Translations under genes and position numbers: made by a program
The notes under the pieces: model-generated
Seen by the model: only the letters and a program-made list of their open reading frames with translations
What the model was told of the DNA's origin: nothing
The model's database searches: none
Assembly: GCA_035626435.1 (NCBI GenBank)
Contig: DASPNQ010000007.1
Coordinates: 18,451 to 82,450 of the forward strand
Origin: Vicinamibacterales bacterium
GTDB taxonomy: Bacteria; Acidobacteriota; Vicinamibacteria; Vicinamibacterales; UBA2999
DNA length: 64,000 nt
Direction: 5' to 3'
Shown here: positions 9,257-17,386 of the stretch, piece by piece
How positions within the stretch are numbered: the stretch's first letter is position 1
Layout of the letters: every line of letters starts with the position of its first letter

Positions 9257-11913
9257 CGCTTGACCTCGGTCGGGCGCGACGAGAAGCGTTCGTACAACTC
9301 GGTGTGCTTGCTCTTGGTTCCGACATCCCGTCCGTTGATGAAGACGTGCGTGAACTGCGTCTTCATTTCCATCGGATCGCCGGTGGCGATGAACAGATTG
9401 GCCACCTTGCCAGGCTCGAGCGACCCGACGCGATCGGCGACGCCGAGAATCGTCGCCGCATCCAGCGTGATCGCGCGTAATGCGCGATCGCGGTCGAGGC
9501 CCCACGCGACTGAAATGGCGGCCTCGTACGGTATCAGCCGATTGTTTGCGGCGCCTCCGGTGCCGAACGCGAAGGTGACGCCGGCCCGCGCCAGTTCACC
9601 CGCAGCCTGGTAGGTCGCCGCATGGTGCGCATCCTCGCGCGCCGGCAAGGTCAGCACGGACCCGAGAATCACTGGAATGTTCTTCTCCCTGAGAAGCGAG
9701 GCTGCAAGTGGCGCCTCGAGGCCGCCGGTGATCACGATGCGAACGCCGGCACGATCGGCGAACGCGACGGCCTCGCGGATGTCGGATTCGGCATTGGCTG
9801 CGACGAACATCGGTTGTTTGCGCTCGGCCACTGGTGCCAGCGCGGCGAGGTTCCAGTCGGTGGCACGTTCTGCCGCCGGCAACAATGCGTAAGCGCGCGC
9901 CCGCGCGATCAGGTCTTCCACTCGCCTGACTTTCGCATCGCGCTCCTTCTTGAGCTCCTCGTATTTGCGATTCGCATCAGTCGCGGCACCGGCGCCCTGC
10001 GTCCGCGCCAGCAGGGGAAACTGAAAGCTGACGCCGGCGACCGGTTCGAGCGTCGCTTCTTCCCAGGTCCAGCCATCGAGATTCATCACGGCGATCTGTC
10101 CGCCGATCAGGCCGCCGGACGGCACCACGGCGACCGTGGTGATGCCGTTGACGCGCGCCACCGGAATGGCGTCGCTGTCGCTCTGATAGGCGACCTGCGC
10201 CTTGATCGCAGCGTTGATGTCGAGCATCTCGTTGGTGTCTTCGAAATTGCGCGGCCCGGGCTCGTTCAAGCCGATCGACGTCCGCGCGTCGATGAAGCCG
10301 GGATACACCTCGCCGCCCTTGGCATCGATCACTTGCGCGCCGGCAGGAACCGTCACGTTCGCGCCGACGGCTTCAATGCGATTGCCGCGGATCAAGACGA
10401 TGCCGCGATCAATCGAGGGCCCGCTGATCGGGAAGATGCGAGCGTTGGTAATTGCCGTCAACGCCCCGCCGCCCGACGGCATTTGCGGTTGTCGCGCCGA
10501 TGCTGCAGCAGATCCAAATGTCTCATCCGGCATCTGTGCCATCTGCGGCCCTGGAGTCTGCGCCTTCTGCGGCCCTGACGTCTGTGCCATCTGCGGCCCT
10601 GCAGTGGGTGGCGCACCAAGCTTCATCTTTTCCCGATTCGCGTCGGACAGGCGCCGCTCTTCCGCCGGACGATCGTAGTACTGCTCGCCATCGATGTAGA
10701 CGCGGTCGACGATTGCGTAGGTGCTCAGCGGATGCTTGTTCCAGATCACGACGTCGGCATCCTTGCCGGCTTCGAGAGAGCCGACGCGGTGGTCGATCTT
10801 CAACTGCTTTGCGGGGTTGATCGTCACGAATGCGAGCGCTTCGTCTTCGCTGACGCCGCCCCAATGAATCGCTTTCGCCGCCTCGGTGTTGAGCCGGCGC
10901 GCATGTTCGGCGCTGTCCGAGTTGATCGACACGAGGACGCCGCGGCGATGCATCAACGCCGCGTTGTACGGGATCGCGTCTTCAGCCTCGATCTTGTAGG
11001 CCCACCAGTCGGAGAATGTCGACCCGCCGACGCCATGCTTCGCCATTTCATCGGCGACCTTGTAGCCTTCGAGCACATGCTGGAACGTCGCGATCGTGAA
11101 GCCGATCTCCTCTGCGAGGCGGATCAGCATCAACGTTTCGTCGGCGCGGTAGGTGTGCGAGTGCACGAGTCGCGTGCCGTCGAGAATTTCCACGAGCGGT
11201 TCGAGCTGGAGGTCGCGCCTCGGCATCGACACGTCTTCGCCGGCGTTCTTCCGGCGCTCGTAGTCACGCCACTCGCGCTGGTATGCCTTCGCGCGGCTGA
11301 ACGCGTCGCGAATCACGAACTCGACGCCCGGCCGCGTCACCGGATACCGCCGTGGCCCGGTCTGTCCGAACTGACGCATGTCCTTCGGGTTCTCGCCGAG
11401 CGCGAACTTGATTCCTGGCGGCGCGCCATCGAACATCAGCCCGCGCGCGTCCTTGCCCCAGCGCAGCTTGATCACCTGGTTCTTGCCGCCAATCGGGTTC
11501 GCGCTGCCATGGAGCACGTTGGCGACCGTCAAGCCCCCGGCGAGGTCGCGGTAGATCGAGACGTCCGTCGGATTCATCACGTCCTCGATGCCGGTCATCG
11601 AGCTCACGGTTGTGCCGCCTTCGTTGATGGAGTCGGCGCCAATGTGAGAGTGCGCGTCGATGATTCCCGGCGTGACGAACCGGCCTTTGGCGTCGACAAT
11701 GTCGGCGCCTGCGGGAACCGGCGTGTTTGGCCCGCCGACGGCGGCGAGTTTGCCGTCTCGCATCACGACGACGCCGTTGTCGATGGTCCCGCGCGTCACG
11801 GTCAGCACGGTGCCGCCGCGAATCGCCACGGCGCGCGACTGCGCCAACGACACGCTTTGGACAGCGACAATCGCGGACACACCGATCAGCAGTCCGCACG
11901 TCGAAGATTTCAT
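9253..11913 (-). CDS. Secreted two-module amidohydrolase (catalytic N-module + degenerate C-module)
   Basis: 886 aa. The N-module has GIIDAHSHIG (HxH). A Pro/Gln/Ala-rich repeat linker follows. The C-module (VYPGFIDARTSIG) is paralogous to the downstream 444-aa protein. Confidence 0.8.
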   Translation of the reverse strand: MKSSTCGLLIGVSAIVAVQSVSLAQSRAVAIRGGTVLTVTRGTIDNGVVVMRDGKLAAVGGPNTPVPAGADIVDAKGRFVTPGIIDAHSHIGADSINEGGTTVSSMTGIEDVMNPTDVSIYRDLAGGLTVANVLHGSANPIGGKNQVIKLRWGKDARGLMFDGAPPGIKFALGENPKDMRQFGQTGPRRYPVTRPGVEFVIRDAFSRAKAYQREWRDYERRKNAGEDVSMPRRDLQLEPLVEILDGTRLVHSHTYRADETLMLIRLAEEIGFTIATFQHVLEGYKVADEMAKHGVGGSTFSDWWAYKIEAEDAIPYNAALMHRRGVLVSINSDSAEHARRLNTEAAKAIHWGGVSEDEALAFVTINPAKQLKIDHRVGSLEAGKDADVVIWNKHPLSTYAIVDRVYIDGEQYYDRPAEERRLSDANREKMKLGAPPTAGPQMAQTSGPQKAQTPGPQMAQMPDETFGSAAASARQPQMPSGGGALTAITNARIFPISGPSIDRGIVLIRGNRIEAVGANVTVPAGAQVIDAKGGEVYPGFIDARTSIGLNEPGPRNFEDTNEMLDINAAIKAQVAYQSDSDAIPVARVNGITTVAVVPSGGLIGGQIAVMNLDGWTWEEATLEPVAGVSFQFPLLARTQGAGAATDANRKYEELKKERDAKVRRVEDLIARARAYALLPAAERATDWNLAALAPVAERKQPMFVAANAESDIREAVAFADRAGVRIVITGGLEAPLAASLLREKNIPVILGSVLTLPAREDAHHAATYQAAGELARAGVTFAFGTGGAANNRLIPYEAAISVAWGLDRDRALRAITLDAATILGVADRVGSLEPGKVANLFIATGDPMEMKTQFTHVFINGRDVGTKSKHTELYERFSSRPTEVKR
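10533..10604 (-). repeat. 3 x 24-bp in-frame tandem repeat inside the amidohydrolase linker
   Basis: Plus-strand units are tctgtgccatctgcggccctggag / tctgcgccttctgcggccctgacg / tctgtgccatctgcggccctgcag. They encode GPQMAQT-SGPQKAQT-PGPQMAQM on the minus strand. Confidence 0.9.
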
Positions 11914-11915
11914 GT

Positions 11916-11959
11916 CAGCTCCCTAGCTCCCTAGCTCCCCAGCTCCCCAGCTCCCCAGC
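11916..11959 (-). repeat. 5.5 x 8-bp tandem repeat (GGGAGCTR) abutting the amidohydrolase start codon
   Basis: The minus strand reads GGGAGCTG GGGAGCTG GGGAGCTA GGGAGCTA GGGAGCTG AC ATG. Each unit carries a Shine-Dalgarno-like GGGAG. The proximal GGGAG lies 5 nt from ATG 11913. Confidence 0.9.
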
Positions 11960-12086
11960 GGTGAGCAGTGCCGCGGCGAACAGAGACGGTGGTCGTCGAG
12001 TGCGTCGGAGTTCCTCGAGTTTGATCGGACGTTCAAGAGGGGGAAGTATAATGAGCGTCGTTTCCTTCTAAAAGGAGCTCGACAGG

Positions 12087-12446
12087 ATGCGAACCGTCAT
12101 CTCTCTGCTCGCGGCAGCCGCGTTTGTGGCGTCGCTGGCGATGCCCGCCCGTGCCGCCGACATGACGGTCAAGGGTGAAGTGGTCGATATCGCCTGTGCG
12201 ACTTCGAAGAAGGACGCCGGCAGGGGTGCCGCCCATGCCGCCTGCGCGATGGCGTGCGCCAAGAAGGGGCAGCCCGTCGGCATCATGACCGCCGACGCCA
12301 TCTACACGGTTACCGGAGATTACGCGGCGAAACGCAACGCGAAGCTGCTCGACTTCGTCGCCAAGACGGTCATCGCGACGGGTGTGGTATCCGAGAAGGA
12401 CGGCATCAAGCAGATCAACATCAAGTCAATCAGGTTGGCCAACTAG
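12087..12446 (+). CDS. Small secreted Cys-containing protein, unknown function
   Basis: AAGGAG lies 7 nt upstream of the ATG. Signal peptide is MRTVISLLAAAAFVASLAMPARA. A strong intrinsic terminator follows. Confidence 0.6.
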   Translation: MRTVISLLAAAAFVASLAMPARAADMTVKGEVVDIACATSKKDAGRGAAHAACAMACAKKGQPVGIMTADAIYTVTGDYAAKRNAKLLDFVAKTVIATGVVSEKDGIKQINIKSIRLAN

Positions 12447-12473
12447 TCTCACCGTCCGGCAGACCGAGAAAAT

Positions 12474-12512
12474 AACGGGCTCGTACTGCGGTGCGAGCCC
12501 GTTTTTCATTTT
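12474..12512 (+). terminator. Rho-independent terminator
   Basis: Perfect 10-bp stem AACGGGCTCG / CGAGCCCGTT with a 10-nt loop, followed by TTTTTCATTTT. It lies 28 nt after the stop at 12444-12446. Confidence 0.8.
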
Positions 12513-12557
12513 CTGGTGCCCGTTTGCCAGCTGTCCGGTTGCCATGTGCCGGTTGCT

Positions 12558-12615
12558 AGGTGCCAGGTACACTCCGCCCAAATTATGGTTATTGGGGGCC
12601 AGGTACACTCCACCC
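12558..12615 (+). repeat. Two copies of a ~22-bp repeat (AGGTGCCAGGTACACTCC..), left arm of an inverted array
   Basis: Copies lie at 12558-12579 and 12594-12615 (core GCCAGGTACACTCC), 36 bp apart. Confidence 0.85.
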
Positions 12616-12744
12616 GCCGGGAGTTCGTACTGGCGTCGGGTTGTCGCTGGTTCCTGGACCCAGTAACCGCACCGGCGCTTGCGCCTCGAGAGTGTAGGCA
12701 ACTAACCCCCAGCAGTGGAATTGCACCTGGCATCTCCAGCCAGC

Positions 12745-12866
12745 GGTTGGAGTGTACCTGGCACCTGGCAGTCAGGTGGTTGGAGTGTACCTGGCACCTA
12801 CTAGCCGCCGGCGGTTGCCGTGTACCTGGCACCTGCCGACGGGTGGTTGGAGTGTACCTGGCACCT
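12745..12866 (+). repeat. Four copies of the reverse-complement 22-mer GGTTGGAGTGTACCTGGCACCT
   Basis: Copies lie at 12745-12766, 12778-12799, 12813-12834 (variant GGTTGCCGTGTACC..) and 12845-12866, with a 32-35-bp period. They lie 51 bp or more upstream of the capA-like ATG. Confidence 0.9.
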
Positions 12867-12916
12867 AGTAACCGGCAGGAGGTTGCGAAGCGGGGCGGTT
12901 ATATACTGCCGCGCCT

Positions 12917-14242
12917 ATGGCCTTTCGCATCGTGATCACGCTCGCCATTGTCCTGTTCGCTGCGCGTCCCGGGGCGCAACGGCCATTCACGCTGGCGCTC
13001 ACCGGCGACTCGATCATCATGCAGCGGCTCTCGGTGTTCACCGAGCCTGAGTTTACGCGCCTGTTCGATCTGATTCGCGGCGCCGACGCGGCGTTCACGA
13101 ATCTCGAAACGCTGTTCCACGATTACGAACCGGCGCCGGCGCACGAGAGCGGCGGCACGTGGATGCGCACCGACCCGCCGATCCTCAAGGAACTGGTATG
13201 GGCGGGATTCGACCTGGTGTCGCGCGCCAACAATCACGCCGGCGATTTCGGGCCGCTGGGCTCGAGGATGACCAGCAAGTACGTGCGCGATGGGGGGCTG
13301 ATCGAAGCTGGCGTCGGCGACAGTCTTGCGGAAGCGCGCGAAGCACGTTTCATCGAGACCCCTGGCGCGCGAGTGGCGTTGATTTCGGCGGCCTCGACGT
13401 TCCCACCGCACTCGCGCGCCGGCAACACACGCGGCGACATGCCGGCGCGCCCGGGCCTGAGTCCGCTGCGCTTCACGACGACTTACGTCGTCACGTCCGA
13501 GCGGCTCGCCGATCTCAGGCGCGTTGCCGCCGAGCTGTCGAACAACCCGCCGAGTAGCGGCGACACATTAACTTTCGCGGGCCGCCGTTACGTCGCCGGC
13601 CCGACACCAGGCACCCGAACCGAGCCAAACAAGCATGACGTCGACGAGATCACCCGCGTCGTCAAGAGCGCATCGTCGCTGGCCGACATCGTCATCGTGT
13701 CGCTGCACTGTCACGAGAGCGGCGTCGACCGATCGGTGCCGGCGGATTTCATTCCGACCTTCGCGCGAGCTGTGATCGATGCCGGCGCCGATGTGTTCGT
13801 CGGCCATGGCCCACACGTCCTGCGAGGCATCGAGATCTACAAAGGCAAGCCAATCTTCTACAGCCTCGCCAACTTCATCTTTCAGAACGAGACCGTGTTG
13901 CGTTTTCCAGAGGACAGCTACGAGCAGTACGAGTTGGATGACGCCGCGCAGCCGTCGGATTACCTCGACGCACGCTACGACAAGGATCGGCGCAGCTTCC
14001 CGGCGGACCGCGAATACTGGGATTCGGTTGCGGTGATCACCAAATGGCAGGGAAGCACGTTCGTGGAAGCGCAGCTGCACCCGATCACGCTGGGCTTTCA
14101 AACGCCGCGGTCGGAACGCGGCCGCCCGAAACTGGCCGCGCCTGCCGATGCCACGCGGATTCTGGAAATGATGGCGGCGCGATCGAAGAGGTTCGGCGCC
14201 ACGGTCACCGTCCGCAACGGGATCGGTGTCGTGACGCCGTAG
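12917..14242 (+). CDS. CapA/PgsA-family protein (PGA_cap metallophosphatase-like)
   Basis: Contains LTGDSIIMQR and RANNHAGDFGPLG (the ANNHxxDxG motif), plus ...VSLHCHES...VGHGPHVLRGIE, typical of the CapA family. Confidence 0.8.
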   Translation: MAFRIVITLAIVLFAARPGAQRPFTLALTGDSIIMQRLSVFTEPEFTRLFDLIRGADAAFTNLETLFHDYEPAPAHESGGTWMRTDPPILKELVWAGFDLVSRANNHAGDFGPLGSRMTSKYVRDGGLIEAGVGDSLAEAREARFIETPGARVALISAASTFPPHSRAGNTRGDMPARPGLSPLRFTTTYVVTSERLADLRRVAAELSNNPPSSGDTLTFAGRRYVAGPTPGTRTEPNKHDVDEITRVVKSASSLADIVIVSLHCHESGVDRSVPADFIPTFARAVIDAGADVFVGHGPHVLRGIEIYKGKPIFYSLANFIFQNETVLRFPEDSYEQYELDDAAQPSDYLDARYDKDRRSFPADREYWDSVAVITKWQGSTFVEAQLHPITLGFQTPRSERGRPKLAAPADATRILEMMAARSKRFGATVTVRNGIGVVTP

Positions 14243-14245
14243 TCG

Positions 14246-15415
14246 CTAGAGAGCGGCGCGGAGCGCGGCGGCCTTGTTGGTGGCCTCCCACGTCAGGTCG
14301 GGATCGTTCTTGCCGAAGTGACCGTAGTTGGTCGTCTTCGAGTAGATCGGCCGACGCAACTTCAGCTGATCGATAATTTCCGCCGGCTGGAAGTTGAAAA
14401 CGCGGTTGATCGCGCGCGTGATCTTCGCGTCCGGCACCGTCGCGGTGCCGAAAGTTTCGACGTGCACGCTCACCGGATCGGGATGGCCGATCGCGTAAGC
14501 GAACTGCACCTCGCACTTCGCCGCGAGCTTCGCGGCCACCACGTTCTTGGCGACCCAGCGCGCCATGTACGCGGCGCTGCGATCGACCTTCGTTGGATCC
14601 TTGCCGGAAAAGGCGCCACCGCCATGACGGCCCATGCCGCCATAGCTGTCGACGATGATCTTGCGGCCGGTGAGCCCGGTGTCACCCTGCGGTCCGCCGA
14701 CGACGAATCGGCCGGTCGGATTGATCAGGAATTCCGTGCCGGCGCTCAGCAACCGCGCCGGCAGCACCGCCCGAATCACTTCGTTGATGCAGAACTTTTC
14801 GATCTTGTCGTGCGTGGCGTCGGCCGCATGCTGCGTCGAGATGACGACGTTCGAAATGCCGACGGGCTTGCCGTCTTCGTAAATCACCGAGACCTGTGAC
14901 TTGGCATCGGGCCGCAGCCACGGCGCGCCTCCGGCCTTGCGAATCTTGGTGAGCCGGCGGCCGAGCCGATGCGCGAACATGATCGGGGCCGGCATCAGCT
15001 CCGGCGTTTCGTTGCTGGCGTAACCGAACATCAGACCCTGATCGCCGGCACCCTGCTTCGACGTTTTCTTCCCTTTGACCTTGCGCGCGTCGACACCCTG
15101 CGCGATATCCGGCGATTGCTGCGTCAGCAACAGGTTCACGAAGACGCGGTCGGCGTGAAATACATCATCGTCATTGACGTAGCCAATCTCGCGGATGGCT
15201 TGCCGGGCGATCTGTTCGACGTCCAGCTTCGCTTTCGTCGTGATCTCGCCGCCGACGATGCAGACGTTGGATTTGACGTAGGTTTCGCAGGCGACGCGGC
15301 TCATCTTGTCCTGCGCGATGCAGGCGTCCAGGACCGCGTCGGAAATCGTGTCGGCAACCTTATCGGGATGCCCTTCTCCGACAGACTCCGAAGAGAAGAT
15401 GTATCGATTACCCAA
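14246..15415 (-). CDS. metK: S-adenosylmethionine synthetase
   Basis: Contains ..[22 protein letters not shown].., [31 protein letters not shown]. There is no in-frame ATG near the conserved N-terminus. In-frame TTG codons at 15415 and 15421 follow GGGAG (15427-15423). The track ORF extension to 15565 is leader sequence. Confidence 0.95.
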   Translation of the reverse strand: MGNRYIFSSESVGEGHPDKVADTISDAVLDACIAQDKMSRVACETYVKSNVCIVGGEITTKAKLDVEQIARQAIREIGYVNDDDVFHADRVFVNLLLTQQSPDIAQGVDARKVKGKKTSKQGAGDQGLMFGYASNETPELMPAPIMFAHRLGRRLTKIRKAGGAPWLRPDAKSQVSVIYEDGKPVGISNVVISTQHAADATHDKIEKFCINEVIRAVLPARLLSAGTEFLINPTGRFVVGGPQGDTGLTGRKIIVDSYGGMGRHGGGAFSGKDPTKVDRSAAYMARWVAKNVVAAKLAAKCEVQFAYAIGHPDPVSVHVETFGTATVPDAKITRAINRVFNFQPAEIIDQLKLRRPIYSKTTNYGHFGKNDPDLTWEATNKAAALRAAL

Positions 15416-15430
15416 ATTCAAACTCCCAGA

Positions 15431-15460
15431 AACAAAAAAGCCCGCGATTGGTCGCGGGCC
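15431..15460 (-). terminator. Intrinsic terminator / attenuator in the metK leader
   Basis: The minus strand reads GCCCGCGA-CCAA-TCGCGGGC followed by TTTTTTGTTT. It ends about 6 nt before the metK GGGAG ribosome-binding site. Confidence 0.7.
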
Positions 15461-15465
15461 ATGCT

Positions 15466-15523
15466 CGCGACTTAGATAGTGGTGATACTTGCGCGGCCCA
15501 TCAAGTCGGAGAAATCGCCGCGC
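15466..15523 (-). promoter_or_regulatory. Candidate SAM-responsive H-type pseudoknot aptamer (SAM-II/V-like architecture)
   Basis: P1 is GCGCGGC (15523-15517) paired with GCCGCGC (15497-15491), closing a 19-nt loop GAUUUCUCCGACUUGAUGG. Loop CGACUU (15508-15503) is complementary to the 3-prime AAGUCG (15473-15468). GUCGCG (15471-15466) can alternatively pair with CGCGAC (15456-15451) in the terminator 5-prime arm. Confidence 0.4.
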
Positions 15524-15535
15524 AAACGACCCATC

Positions 15536-15565
15536 AGTATTGCTGCTTATCAGCTCGACTGTCAA
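15536..15565 (-). promoter_or_regulatory. Possible sigma70-type promoter for the metK leader
   Basis: TTGACA (15565-15560), an 18-nt spacer, then AATACT (15541-15536) on the minus strand. Based on the match alone. Confidence 0.3.
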
Positions 15566-15642
15566 TCAAGCGAGCCACCGGCACCCGCATTCGCCAAAGC
15601 GAAATTCAACCCGGACGCGGTAGCTGCGGCGTCCCGCGCCCG

Positions 15643-16164
15643 CTACTTCTTGCGAGTCGCGATGTAGTTCAGCGCAAACTTCTCGAGCGGCTCACCGCGC
15701 AGCCCGATGGCCTTCGCCTCTTCGGTGGCTTTGTCGATGGTCCAGCCATCCTGCAGCACGCGCTTCACGAGCCACAAGGAGCCGACGCGGCTGGCCGACC
15801 CGCAATGGATATACGCCGGTTGATTGCTCTTGTCGGCGACGGCGGCGAGGAACGCGTCGACGACCGCGTCATCCGGCTGCTGCGCGTTGAAAGGAATGTG
15901 GATGTACTTCATGCCGAGCTCTTTCGTCCGCGCGGCATTCTGATCGATGTTGGCGTTGGCCTCGGTAGCCAGGCGCAGGTTGATGACCGACTTGAAGCCG
16001 TCCTTCGCGAGGCCCTCCAGCGCAGAGGTCTCGGTGGCGCCGCCGCACGCCACGACGGCGTCGACTTTACTGAAATTGACGATGCCCGGCCGTTCCTGCT
16101 TGGTGACCTGCGCGGCGGCAGGAATGGCGAGCGCGAGAACGACGAGTGTGGTGACAGATCGCAT
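15643..16164 (-). CDS. Secreted PTP/DSP-fold phosphatase-like protein (DUF442-like)
   Basis: Signal peptide MRSVTTLVVLALAIPAAAQ and a P-loop-like IHCGSASRVG. Start taken at ATG 16164 rather than GTG 16209. Confidence 0.6.
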   Translation of the reverse strand: MRSVTTLVVLALAIPAAAQVTKQERPGIVNFSKVDAVVACGGATETSALEGLAKDGFKSVINLRLATEANANIDQNAARTKELGMKYIHIPFNAQQPDDAVVDAFLAAVADKSNQPAYIHCGSASRVGSLWLVKRVLQDGWTIDKATEEAKAIGLRGEPLEKFALNYIATRKK

Positions 16165-16221
16165 GACGGCCTCCCGGCCGATCATACGTAAAATCCGCCA
16201 GCAAGACACGCGTCGTCGCGG

Positions 16222-17256
16222 CTAATTCTTCTGAACCGTAACCGTCACGGGAGCCTGCATGCGAACCGTGATGGTCGTGCCGGCTGTCAGCGTCGCGGCG
16301 TTGCGATCGTTCGACATCGCCGCCGCTGTGCCGCCGGCAGCGCCCACCGCGCCGCCGATGGCCGCGCCCTTGCCTCCGCCGAGGATGGCGCCGAGAATCG
16401 CGCCGCCGATCGCGGCGCCGCCGACCTTCGCGGCGCTCTCGCCGGCGGGCGACTGCCCTTCACGCACCAACGCGTCGGTCTTCAGCGGCAGCTCAGTGCC
16501 GTCGGCCAGCACGAGCGTGTGGAAACGGACGGCAAGCCGCGCCTTGGCCTTCAGGCGCCCGCCGCGATCAACTTCCGTCACCGACCCGCGCACCGTCGAT
16601 CCGGCCGGAATGGCGATGCGATCGGAGACGCGCACATCGCGCGTCACGCGCGCCTCAACGCGGTCCTCGACACGCGCCAGCTCGCTCGAGACCGTCCGCT
16701 CGATTTGAAGGCCAAGCACGGAGTCGGGCGGTACCGTGACGTCAACGAATTCAGGCGCGGGCGGCGCCGGCGGCGTCGCCGGTTCGGAATCGCGCGTGTA
16801 CTCGGGCGACGACGGTTGGACGCTCGGCCGCGCTTCCCACATCGTCCCCGACGTGCTTGGCGCCGCGGCGGCGGCCGGCGACTCAGAGGGTTGCCCGGAG
16901 CGAGCGACGGTCTGCGTTGACGCCTGACCTTCACGATTGGAACGCGGCACGGCTGCGGGCGTCCGGCCATCGGCGCGGCGGTTCGGTGTGTTCACCACGC
17001 GCGACGCCGGCCGCGATTGCGGGGGTGCCTCCGACGGGCGTGCTGCCTCCGCCGGCTTGGTTGCGTCCGGCGCGATCAATCCTTCCGATTCCGTGACGGG
17101 CTTGGGCGCATCGGTTGGCGCCGACGGTGCGATAGGCGCTGGTTGTGACACCGGCATCGCCGCCGTATTTTGCCGGACCGCGAGGTAGGAGCCGCCGGCG
17201 GCCGCAGCCAGGCACCCCATCGACAACCCCGCAAAGACCAGCTTGTTGAATTCCAT
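16222..17256 (-). CDS. Membrane-anchored Pro/Ala-rich protein with C-terminal glycine-zipper, unknown function
   Basis: Start taken at MEFNKLVFAGLSMGCLAAAAGG (TM anchor). A long P/A/S-rich linker follows, then a beta-rich domain and GGAAIGGAILGAILGGGKGAAIGGAVGAAGG. Confidence 0.55.
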   Translation of the reverse strand: MEFNKLVFAGLSMGCLAAAAGGSYLAVRQNTAAMPVSQPAPIAPSAPTDAPKPVTESEGLIAPDATKPAEAARPSEAPPQSRPASRVVNTPNRRADGRTPAAVPRSNREGQASTQTVARSGQPSESPAAAAAPSTSGTMWEARPSVQPSSPEYTRDSEPATPPAPPAPEFVDVTVPPDSVLGLQIERTVSSELARVEDRVEARVTRDVRVSDRIAIPAGSTVRGSVTEVDRGGRLKAKARLAVRFHTLVLADGTELPLKTDALVREGQSPAGESAAKVGGAAIGGAILGAILGGGKGAAIGGAVGAAGGTAAAMSNDRNAATLTAGTTITVRMQAPVTVTVQKN

Positions 17257-17386
17257 TGCGAATGAACCTCTGCCCGGACTTGAGCAAGTGCCATGCCGGG
17301 GGCGCAGCCGTCCGAGACGCGATTTTACGCCTGTTTCCGGCGAATCGCGCCCGGTCGTACGTCCTGTTCCGAGGAAGGTGTCCCCT

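Noticed and set aside
7763-9613. 616-aa plus-strand ORF
   Set aside because: It is antisense to the two amidohydrolase genes and to dedA. It is an Arg/Gly/His-rich high-GC shadow ORF.
12745-12866. Sigma-54 promoters, because each repeat contains CTGGCAC
   Set aside because: No TTGC(-12) element follows at the required 4-5-nt spacing in any copy (the downstream sequences are CTGGCAGT, CTACTAGC, CTGCCGAC and CTAGTAAC). No enhancer-binding protein gene is nearby.
12500-12870. Possible CRISPR array, given its regularly spaced ~22-bp repeats
   Set aside because: The spacers are only 10-14 bp. The repeats occur in both orientations (2 forward, 4 reverse). No cas genes are present in the window. 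The repeat is shorter than known CRISPR repeats.
14246-15565. Full 439-aa metK ORF as given in the track
   Set aside because: The first ~50 codons ([12 protein letters not shown]…[21 protein letters not shown]) are the translated leader containing the terminator hairpin. The conserved MetK N-terminus begins at the TTG codons at 15421 and 15415, right after GGGAG.
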